Shown piece by piece: positions 1 to 7,408 of a stretch of DNA of 64,000 bases (its first letter is position 1; each line of letters begins with the position of its first letter). Position numbers and translations under genes: made by a program. The notes beneath the pieces are model-generated. The model worked only from the letters and a program-made list of their open reading frames with translations. It was not told the DNA's origin and made no database searches. Source of the DNA: Methanomassiliicoccus sp. (GTDB taxonomy: Archaea; Thermoplasmatota; Thermoplasmata; Methanomassiliicoccales; Methanomassiliicoccaceae); contig JAWQJJ010000010.1 of the NCBI GenBank assembly GCA_033485155.1, positions 6,479 through 70,478 on the forward strand, written 5' to 3'.

Positions 1-204
1 CAGGCGGAATCGGTGAGTATATCGTACCCCGCATCGTCGACCATCTAGATAGTGGGCGGGAACCTGGTTCAACTCGATATCAATGCTCAATGGGAACTCG
101 AGGCCGTCCGGTCCGCTGAGGTCCGGGGCGCTCCGAATGTACCCCGAGCAGGCCTTAAGCTCGTTCCTGAGCCTGGCGATGAGTATCTCACTCGGAAGGG
201 TCAC
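1..204 (-). CDS. candidate E2 (UBC-fold-like) conjugating enzyme; first 68 codons only, runs off the window start; not in supplied ORF track
   Basis: The minus-strand frame is open from GTG at 204-202 to base 1: VTLPSEILIARLRNELKACSGYIRSAPDLSGPDGLEFPLSIDIELNQVPAHYLDGRRCGVRYTHRFRL. The start overlaps the last 17 nt of the Ub-like gene. An amphipathic helix (ARLRNELK) followed by strand-like segments resembles the N-terminus of UBC folds. The catalytic-Cys region would lie outside the window. Confidence 0.35.
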   Translation of the reverse strand, partial: MTLPSEILIARLRNELKACSGYIRSAPDLSGPDGLEFPLSIDIELNQVPAHYLDGRRCGVRYTHRFRL

Positions 205-445
205 GATACCCGCCCTCGGGGTCGGGGATCAGCTCCAGTTCATCATCATCCTTGAGTCCGACCTCGAGCACCGTCTGCGAACCGCGCAACAATTTCTTCC
301 CCCGCCGGAGAACATAGGCTCCGGGGTCCTTGTGCCAAAACCCGGCGGCGCCCCGGACGATCTCTTCCATCGTGTTCTCGTTCTCCATCTCCATATCGAC
401 GGTCGATCCAGTCTCCGCGTTCCGTACCTTCACCCTGATGGGCAT
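188..445 (-). CDS. ubiquitin-like (beta-grasp) small modifier, apparent precursor with GG followed by a 6-residue tail
   Basis: 85 aa ending ...DELELIPDPEGG-YRDPSE. Size and alternating pattern fit a beta-grasp fold. It lies 70 nt downstream of the E1-like gene on the same strand. Confidence 0.6.
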   Translation of the reverse strand: MPIRVKVRNAETGSTVDMEMENENTMEEIVRGAAGFWHKDPGAYVLRRGKKLLRGSQTVLEVGLKDDDELELIPDPEGGYRDPSE

Positions 446-515
446 ATTATCTAGTGTTAATAATTAATGTACTAAGATAAAGTTGACGATTTCATGTAAC
501 AATTCTGATACTGTG

Positions 516-1307
516 TTATGTTCGGTCCTGGTGCAGAGGACAGGCAGGCTCGAAGGACATCTCCAGCTCGTCCCAGGTGTTCCTCAGGCCATTATAGTGG
601 ATGACGTTCCTGACGGCCGCGTCGCTCCTCCCGGACACGATCTTCAGGGCTTCCCTCACCTGTACCGCGGCGACGATCGAGGTGGTGGTGATCTCCGCGG
701 CCATGCTTGGCTCGTAGTAGGTGACGTCCGCACCGGTGCAGGAGTAACGCTTCTCGAGGATCCGGTAGTGGCTCTGGTTGAGGCCGCACTGCAGGCAAGG
801 AGTGGAGGGCGGAACGATTACCTGGACTCGGCCGGAGAAGCCGTCGGTGCCGCCGTCGATGTACGGGGTTCCATGATGGTAGGAGTGGGCGTTGGCGTGC
901 AGCCGCGCAGCGATATTGTCCAGGCAACCCAGGACGATATCGCTATCCTTCCACTCCCTCTCCTCTAGCTGTTCGATCCTTCCTGCCACCGCGCGCACCC
1001 GGACCTCGGGGTCAAGGTCCCTGGCCCGCTCGGCCACCGCCTCTACCTTCCACCGGTGCTCGGCGCTGTCGCGCTCGCGGAACAGGACGCAGCGGCTGAG
1101 ATTGGAGCGGACCACTCGGTCCATATCTACCACAGTAATCTCCCTGGCCCCTGCCAGCACGAGATCCTTGACCACCTCGTTGCCCAGGGCTCCGGCCCCC
1201 AGAACCAGGAACCGTGCCGCCTGCACCCGCCCCATGTCCAGCCAATCGATGCGGCGGGAGCGGTCCCATCGGTCCGCGTCCTCCTCCCCTGTCCGGATGA
1301 TCGTCAT
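516..1307 (-). CDS. E1-like adenylyltransferase (ThiF/MoeB/UbaA family)
   Basis: Rossmann GxGxxG (LVLGAGALGNEV), RSNLSR, GCLDNIAAR, a CxxC (PCLQCG) plus a distal C-P-L-H pair, and a conserved Cys in YSCTG. This is a typical ThiF/E1 adenylation domain, 263 aa. Confidence 0.85.
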   Translation of the reverse strand: MTIIRTGEEDADRWDRSRRIDWLDMGRVQAARFLVLGAGALGNEVVKDLVLAGAREITVVDMDRVVRSNLSRCVLFRERDSAEHRWKVEAVAERARDLDPEVRVRAVAGRIEQLEEREWKDSDIVLGCLDNIAARLHANAHSYHHGTPYIDGGTDGFSGRVQVIVPPSTPCLQCGLNQSHYRILEKRYSCTGADVTYYEPSMAAEITTTSIVAAVQVREALKIVSGRSDAAVRNVIHYNGLRNTWDELEMSFEPACPLHQDRT

Positions 1308-1447
1308 GTTCAGTGAGCCTACGGGCCGGGAGAATAATTATCTATTGTACAAAATATTTTAATATGATATCATGATTGATTGCCGACCAGTTGGTTTTAT
1401 AGGCTCATAGAATTTTTCCTGATGTACGTTGCGTATATCCCGATCAT

Positions 1448-1903
1448 TTGTCCCCTCCCCCAACGTTAAGCCGGCAGGACGAGGATTTCATGATAATGGA
1501 TGGTTCTGAGATCAGGCACCCCAGGATACTCGTGGCCGATGAGGATGATACAGTCCGGGAGGTCACCCGGGAGATGCTCCGAGGGTTCGGTATGGAGGCG
1601 GATTCCGTCCGGACCAGCGGGGAGTTGATGGACAGGTACCGGAGATCCCTGATCCGCAGTCGTCGATATGATCTGGTAATCCTCGGAGTGTACCGGCCTT
1701 TCGAGCTGGGGGGTGAAGCGGAGGCGACGAGGTTGCTCGAGCTGGACCCCGATGCCAGAGTCATTATCTCCACCGCCCTGGTGGGCGGGGCGTCCTTTCC
1801 CGTGCGTGGCCCGCTGGAATCCGTCCATTTTCTTGCCAGACCATACCGCATGCAGGATCTGTTGAGAGCGGTGCAGGATGCGCTTAGCCACCCCAAAGGG
1901 TAA
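1448..1903 (+). CDS. stand-alone response-regulator receiver domain protein (atypical)
   Basis: CheY-like layout: acidic pocket ILVADEDD, phospho-acceptor Asp in YDLVILG, Ser/Thr in VIISTAL. The conserved Lys of the K-P motif reads A-R-P (FLARPY). An alternative ATG lies at 1490. Confidence 0.7.
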   Translation: MSPPPTLSRQDEDFMIMDGSEIRHPRILVADEDDTVREVTREMLRGFGMEADSVRTSGELMDRYRRSLIRSRRYDLVILGVYRPFELGGEAEATRLLELDPDARVIISTALVGGASFPVRGPLESVHFLARPYRMQDLLRAVQDALSHPKG

Positions 1904-1960
1904 GGTGGCCCCCGCGGAATAGTTGATATATCCCCTGACCGCTTGCCACACGAGCTAGGC

Positions 1961-3088
1961 ATGAACGGCGAGTTCAAGGTAACGCCATGGGAGGTCAGCG
2001 GAGATATCGACTATGACCTCCTCATAGAGAAGTTCGGCACCAAGCGCATCGACCAGGCCCTCCTGGATCGGATGGCTGGATACGGGGAGCTCCACCCATT
2101 ATTGAAGCGCGGGGTGGTCTATTCTCACCGGGACATGGAGTGGGTGCTCGATCGCTACGAGGCTGGGGAGAAGTTCTTCCTGTACACCGGCCGAGGACCG
2201 TCGGGGCATACCCATCTCGGTCACCTCATGCCATGGATGTTCACCAAGTATCTGCAGGATACCTTCAAGGCTCCACTCTACTTCCAGCTCACCGATGATG
2301 AGAAGTACTTATTCAATGACAACCTCGAGCTGAAGGACACCCGCGATATGGCCTATCAGAACCTCCTGGATGTCATCGCCCTGGGCTTCGATCCCAAGCT
2401 GACCAAGATCATGGTGGACACCGAGTACATACACTCCCTCTACCCTCTGGCACTGAAGGTCGCCAAGCGCATCACCTTCTCCACCGCTCGGGCCGTGTTC
2501 GGGTTCGATAACTCTACCAACATAGGCAGCATCTTCTATACCAGCATACAGGCGGCCCCCGCTTTTCTCGGCTCGGAGCTGGCCGGAAGGAACATCCCCT
2601 GCCTAATTCCCTGCGGTATCGACCAGGATCCCCACTTCCGTGTGGCCCGGGACATCGCGCCTACCTTAGGCTACTACAAGCCGGCACTCCTGCACAACAA
2701 GATGTTCCCAGGCCTGCAGGGGACCGACAAGATGTCGTCCTCCCAGCCCAACAGCACCATCTACACCACCGACCCGCCCAAGCTGGTCCGCAAGAAGATA
2801 ATGTCGGCGTTCACCGGTGGGGCCGTTTCGGTCGAGGAGCAAAGGAAGTGCGGCGGCAAGCCGGAGATCTGTTCCGTCTTCAAGTACAAATTTTACCTCT
2901 TCGAGAAGGACGATCGCAAGCTGGAGGAGCTGGCCGAAAAGTGCCGCCAGGGGGAGATCCTGTGCGGGGAGTGCAAGAAGTCGCTGGCCGACGTCATCGT
3001 CCCATTTATCGAAGAACACCAGGCCAAGAGGGAGGCGGCCAAGGAGCGGGTGGAGGAGTTCATGCTCCGGGATTGCTCTGTTCCATGA
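1961..3088 (+). CDS. trpS: tryptophanyl-tRNA synthetase, archaeal/eukaryotic type
   Basis: HIGH-type motif (GHTHLGHL), KMSKS-type motif (KMSSS), and the N-terminal VTPWEVSGDIDYDLLIEKFG signature. ATG 1961 preferred over TTG 1943. Confidence 0.93.
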   Translation: MNGEFKVTPWEVSGDIDYDLLIEKFGTKRIDQALLDRMAGYGELHPLLKRGVVYSHRDMEWVLDRYEAGEKFFLYTGRGPSGHTHLGHLMPWMFTKYLQDTFKAPLYFQLTDDEKYLFNDNLELKDTRDMAYQNLLDVIALGFDPKLTKIMVDTEYIHSLYPLALKVAKRITFSTARAVFGFDNSTNIGSIFYTSIQAAPAFLGSELAGRNIPCLIPCGIDQDPHFRVARDIAPTLGYYKPALLHNKMFPGLQGTDKMSSSQPNSTIYTTDPPKLVRKKIMSAFTGGAVSVEEQRKCGGKPEICSVFKYKFYLFEKDDRKLEELAEKCRQGEILCGECKKSLADVIVPFIEEHQAKREAAKERVEEFMLRDCSVP

Positions 3089-4007
3089 TCCCCAGCGCCC
3101 GACCCAGTTCTCCCATTATGGGCATGTCGTAGCCGAGCTCCCGAGCCGTACTCATGATCTGCCGATAGTTGGCGATCGCTTCCTCCCGCCCACCGAGGGC
3201 ATGGGCGGTGTACCGCTGCATGCTCTTGTTGAACCGATATAGAATTTTCATCATCAGGCGGATGAAGGCAGTGTTCCTCTCCAGCATGGCCACGTCAGGA
3301 TAGTCGTCCAGACGCACCCCGCGTTTACGGAGGAGGGCCAAGACCTCCCCGGTCGCATCGAGGCTCTGATTCAGCAGCCTCTTGTCCCTTAGGAAAGTAG
3401 CCATATTTCCGGCTTGCAGGAAGGCCATCCATATGGGCGTGCTGCCGGCGTTGTGGACCCAAATCCAATGCTTCATGTTCTCTTGGTAGTCGCCGGAGAG
3501 GTCCGCCGAACGGAGAAGCTCGGTCACTGCCGGGGACCCTGCAGCCTCCTTTTGGAGGTGCAGCTCAGGCCCAAGGTTCGTCCAGTACGCGCCGTTCCTG
3601 ACGGTCCCCCCACCGTCTGGATACCCCCAGAAGTATCGTCCGATGGGAAGTTCCGGACGCTCATACTCCCCGTCCACCCAGTTGAGCGACATAAGAATGA
3701 AGGTGGCGTTCGGTAGCTTTGGCGCTAGCTCGGCCAGGGCAGGGGCTAGCTGATAGCTGTTGGTCGGAACGATGACCACGTCGTACCTGTCTCCGGGACC
3801 GACCTCGGTCACGGTACGCATGGCGTAGCTTGTTCGGTTGTGTTTCAGGTGCCCTTTCCTTTCGTCGAGGACGTCCATCATCACGCCGCCCTTCAGTCCT
3901 TCCATCCGGTCCAGCCTGACCAGATGGGTGACATTTACCCCGCCCTCCGCGAAGGCCCAGCCATATACCGTTCCGATGATGCCCGCTCCGACGATCAACA
4001 CTTCCAT
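3060..4007 (-). CDS. ketopantoate reductase (ApbA/PanE) family oxidoreductase
   Basis: N-terminal dinucleotide fold MEVLIVGAGIIGTVYG, about 315 aa, with the two-domain ApbA-like layout. Its 3' end overlaps trpS by 29 nt (convergent). Confidence 0.7.
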   Translation of the reverse strand: MEVLIVGAGIIGTVYGWAFAEGGVNVTHLVRLDRMEGLKGGVMMDVLDERKGHLKHNRTSYAMRTVTEVGPGDRYDVVIVPTNSYQLAPALAELAPKLPNATFILMSLNWVDGEYERPELPIGRYFWGYPDGGGTVRNGAYWTNLGPELHLQKEAAGSPAVTELLRSADLSGDYQENMKHWIWVHNAGSTPIWMAFLQAGNMATFLRDKRLLNQSLDATGEVLALLRKRGVRLDDYPDVAMLERNTAFIRLMMKILYRFNKSMQRYTAHALGGREEAIANYRQIMSTARELGYDMPIMGELGRALGIMEQSNPGA

Positions 4008-4131
4008 GGCGGTAGCCGCGTCCCACAGCCGGGTGCAGGCTTATATGCTTTCAGTGCTCGTCCCGGCAATGAGCCCCGCCAAGGGCATGTGGCGCCCCGG
4101 CGGGAAAAAGCATATCCGGCATCGGCTGTTA

Positions 4132-4548
4132 ATGGCGGATATGGTCGTCGGGACATTCCCGGTCAATCCCATCGGATGGGTAAGAAAATCTGCATTGTCT
4201 GGGTGCATGGACATCGAGATCCTCCCGGAACACCAAGAAGGGCTCTACCGGATCGATCTAAACGAAACGTTGCTCGTTCTGTTCATCTTCGACCGATCGA
4301 CGACGGTCGATCTCCTCGTTCATCCTCGGGGCGATCCTCGGAACCCGCTGGTCGGGGTGTTCGCTTCGAGGAGCCCCAACCGCCCCAATCACATCGGGGC
4401 GACCGCCGTGCGTCTGGTCAAGCGCGAGGGCAACGTGCTCACGGTGGAGGGCTTGGACGCCTGGGAAGGTACGCCGGTCGTCGATATCAAGCCCGATCGG
4501 CGGTCCAAGGCACTGGAACCGGATCCCTCGATGGTAAAGACTAATTAG
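4132..4548 (+). CDS. trmO: TsaA/YaeB-family tRNA methyltransferase (TrmO-like)
   Basis: GVFASRSPNRPNHIGATAVRLVKREGNVLTVEGLDAWEGTPVVDIKP matches the TsaA/YaeB core. An internal ATG was chosen because the upstream part of the 3838 ORF overlaps the divergent gene and its promoter. Confidence 0.75.
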   Translation: MADMVVGTFPVNPIGWVRKSALSGCMDIEILPEHQEGLYRIDLNETLLVLFIFDRSTTVDLLVHPRGDPRNPLVGVFASRSPNRPNHIGATAVRLVKREGNVLTVEGLDAWEGTPVVDIKPDRRSKALEPDPSMVKTN

Positions 4549-4571
4549 GTCGGGGGGATTTCACCGTCCCA

Positions 4572-6092
4572 ATGAATACCTCGGAGATCCTCGAGGGCCT
4601 ATCCGCCAACGAAGCCCGCCTGATGCTGGCACTGAACCGCCTGAACGGCCGCGCCACGCCGGAGGAGGTTTTCGAGGCCGGGGACTTCGGCCAGCTGGTC
4701 GAGGTCATGAACGCCGCATCCTGGCTACAGTCCAAGGGTGCGTTGCAGATCTCCGAGGTCGCCCGAAAGGTGTACTCCCTCCGGTCCACCGATGCGGTGG
4801 AGAAGGGCCTGCCGGAACGTCGGGCCCTAAAACTCCTGGACGAGAAGGGTGGGGAGATGGACATGAAGGATCTGTCCTCTGCCGTGGGCAAGGACGAGGT
4901 GTCTATCGCCCTTGGATGGCTGAGGAAGAAGAACCTTGCTTCCATCCGCAAAGAGGGCGGGAGCACCGTCATCACCCTTTCCGACCATGGCCGGGAGATA
5001 CTGGGCAGGAAGATGGAGGATGAGGCGACCCTCGAGGCATTGGCTAGGGAAGACATGTCCGAGGATAAGCTGGACAAGGCCACTATCGCCGCCCTCAAGT
5101 CCCGTCAGGACCTGGTGGTGGAGAAGCTTGTGGTCAGCCGCACGCTGGAACTTACCGACCTGGGCCGGGAGATGCTGGAGCTGGGAATTGAGGTTAAGGA
5201 AGAGGTCGCCCAGCTCACTCCCGAGCTCATCCAGACCGGCCGATGGAAAGAGGTCACCATCCGCAAGTACGACGTCCGCAGCTTCGCCCCGGCCATCTAT
5301 CCGGGAAAGAAGCACCCCCTGACCAGGATCGCCGACGAGGTCCGCAAGATCTTCGTGGACATGGGGTTCCAGGAGATCGACGAGGAGTATGTGCAGCCGG
5401 CGTTCTGGAACATGGACGCGCTGTTCACCCCTCAGGACCATCCGGCCCGAGAGCTCCAAGACACCTTCTACCTCAAGCGGCCAGCCCGTCTGGACCTGGA
5501 AGACGAGGACATCGTGGGCAAGGTGTGTTCCATGCACGAGTGCGGCGGGGACACCGGCTCCCTTGGCTGGAGGTATGACTGGTGCCGCGAGGAGTCGGAG
5601 CGCGCGCTGCTGCGAACGCACACCACCGTGAACTCGATCCGTCACCTGTGGAAGAACCCCGAACCGCCGGTGAAGGTGTTCTCTCTGAGCAAGGTGTTCC
5701 GCAAGGAAGCGATCGATGCCACCCATCTCCCGGAGTTCACCCAGATCGAAGGGATAATTATGGAGGAGGACGCCTCCTTCGACATGCTGTGCGGCATCAT
5801 CAGGGAGTTCTACGCCCGCATGGGGTTCAAGGACATCCGGTTCCGTCCCGGCTACTTCCCGTACACCGAGCCGTCGATGGAGATCGAGGTCCGGTTCAAG
5901 AACACCTGGATGGAGCTTGGGGGATCGGGCATCTTCCGGCCCGAGGTCACCGCACCCTTCGGCATCAAGTGCCCAGTGCTCGCTTTCGGCCTCGGCTTCG
6001 AGCGCCTGGCCATGCTGCGGTTCAACCTAAAGGATCTCAGGGACCTCTATATCAGCGACGTCGATATGCTCAGAACATCTCCGTTAATCTGA
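4572..6092 (+). CDS. pheS: phenylalanyl-tRNA synthetase alpha subunit, archaeal type
   Basis: Class II core (FRPGYFPYTEPSMEIEV, GFGLGFERLAML) after a long winged-helix N-terminal extension typical of archaeal PheS. Confidence 0.93.
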   Translation: MNTSEILEGLSANEARLMLALNRLNGRATPEEVFEAGDFGQLVEVMNAASWLQSKGALQISEVARKVYSLRSTDAVEKGLPERRALKLLDEKGGEMDMKDLSSAVGKDEVSIALGWLRKKNLASIRKEGGSTVITLSDHGREILGRKMEDEATLEALAREDMSEDKLDKATIAALKSRQDLVVEKLVVSRTLELTDLGREMLELGIEVKEEVAQLTPELIQTGRWKEVTIRKYDVRSFAPAIYPGKKHPLTRIADEVRKIFVDMGFQEIDEEYVQPAFWNMDALFTPQDHPARELQDTFYLKRPARLDLEDEDIVGKVCSMHECGGDTGSLGWRYDWCREESERALLRTHTTVNSIRHLWKNPEPPVKVFSLSKVFRKEAIDATHLPEFTQIEGIIMEEDASFDMLCGIIREFYARMGFKDIRFRPGYFPYTEPSMEIEVRFKNTWMELGGSGIFRPEVTAPFGIKCPVLAFGLGFERLAMLRFNLKDLRDLYISDVDMLRTSPLI

Positions 6093-7347
6093 GCTCGTTG
6101 GCCTTGAGGGCGAACTCCAGGGACTTCTCGCGGTTCCCGATGCTGTAGTACATCTCCGAGATCTTGTTGTAGAGCTCGGTCCGCTTGTTGTTCATGGCCC
6201 TTCGGCTCAGGGCGAACATGCGCAGCGCCTCGTCGTCCTCGCCGGTCTTCAGTGCTATCTGGCCCATTAGATAGTAGGTGTTGGATTCCTCCTCGGGATT
6301 ATCGAATCCTCGGCGGAGGAGTCTCTCCAGTATCTCCCTCGGCTCATGGTAGTCGCCGTTGCGGATCAGCGACTCGGCGATGTAGCACTCCAACTGGGTG
6401 TCGATGTGGTCATCGTACACACCGCGGGCCCGGATGAAAGCCCGGTAGGCGAGGTTGTAGTCCTTACGGTCCAGGTGCAGAAGCCCTTCGATCATGTACC
6501 CGTCGAACCTCTCCGACGGGATGCTGGACGCTTCCATGAACTTGGTTACGATGAGGCAATATTCATGCATCCCCACCCGGCGAGCGGTCTCCGCCTGCAC
6601 GTAATGCACCAAGCCGCTGTAGCCCCTCGTGACGTCCCGGATGTTGGACACCGCTTCCAGGAGATCCTCGTCCGGATGGAGCAGAAGCTCCTTGGCATTG
6701 TGGTACACCAGGATCTCGGCGTCGGCGTAGCGCTTGGCGCACACCAGGTGGTAAAGCACCTCCTTGAGATCGTCCCAGTGGAGCCAGTAGTCGACCGCGA
6801 AGCTGTGGTAGTCCTTCAGCTTCTCCGGGTCGGTAACGCTCACCACGTACTCCTTCAGCTCCTTGGGGAGATCGACCATCCCCCGCTCGTCGATCGGAAG
6901 CAAGGAGGTGGCGATGTCCGGGAGCACCTCCCGGCGGAAGGACTTGCGGAACACACAGGACATCGCTACCACTGGCTTGAACTTGTCATCCAGGGTGGCC
7001 CATAGCTCCGGGCCCTTGCACTTGCGGATGTCCTGCAGGGGGACGAGGTCAATGGCGTTCTCCGCGGCGAAGTCCTTGATGACCTGGGCCTTCTTCTCTC
7101 CCTGTGCGGTTAGGAAGTAAGCCTTCCGCTTGGTCCTCCCCTTCTTGATGTGGGAGAGCCGCTCGGCGACATCCCTGGAGTCTTTAAGTTTCTTGAGTTC
7201 CAGGGCAGCGTGGGCCCTCGATATCCGCAGCGCGGCAGCAATCCCGTCCTGAGTGATGTCGATAGGGACGTCAAAGGAATCCTGATACTTGGCGTACTGT
7301 GACAGGTGGAAGATTATTCGCTCTCCGACCGTCAAAGAAGCTGCCAT
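6070..7347 (-). CDS. winged-helix DNA-binding domain + TPR-repeat protein (paralogue A)
   Basis: N-terminus LTVGERIIFHL...ISRAHAALELKKLKD...KGRTKRKAYFLT looks like a MarR/ArsR-type wHTH. The C-terminal half has TPR-like repeats (YYLMGQIALKTGEDDEALRMF, AEMYYSIGNREKSLEFALKA). ATG 7347 chosen (MAASLTVGER). Confidence 0.7.
   Translation of the reverse strand: MAASLTVGERIIFHLSQYAKYQDSFDVPIDITQDGIAAALRISRAHAALELKKLKDSRDVAERLSHIKKGRTKRKAYFLTAQGEKKAQVIKDFAAENAIDLVPLQDIRKCKGPELWATLDDKFKPVVAMSCVFRKSFRREVLPDIATSLLPIDERGMVDLPKELKEYVVSVTDPEKLKDYHSFAVDYWLHWDDLKEVLYHLVCAKRYADAEILVYHNAKELLLHPDEDLLEAVSNIRDVTRGYSGLVHYVQAETARRVGMHEYCLIVTKFMEASSIPSERFDGYMIEGLLHLDRKDYNLAYRAFIRARGVYDDHIDTQLECYIAESLIRNGDYHEPREILERLLRRGFDNPEEESNTYYLMGQIALKTGEDDEALRMFALSRRAMNNKRTELYNKISEMYYSIGNREKSLEFALKANELRLTEMF
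6914..6954 (-). repeat. 41-nt patch identical to 8256-8296 (inside paralogue A)
   Basis: atgtccgggagcacctcccggcggaaggacttgcggaacac occurs verbatim in both paralogues. A second 45-nt patch (7208-7252 vs 8550-8594) differs at 1 position. Confidence 0.85.
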
Positions 7348-7408
7348 AGAATGTCCCTTGCTGGATAAAGCTGAACGCTTAAAGAATATTTGTAATTCAC
7401 TCAATTTC

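Noticed and set aside
3060-3088. Convergent 3' overlaps (trpS/panE-like 29 nt; pheS/TPR gene 23 nt at 6070-6092; transglutaminase-like/zinc-ribbon gene 41 nt at 35943-35983; purF/Fe-S gene 4 nt)
   Set aside because: These are real but ordinary for a compact archaeal genome. I see no evidence for antisense regulation beyond the overlap itself.
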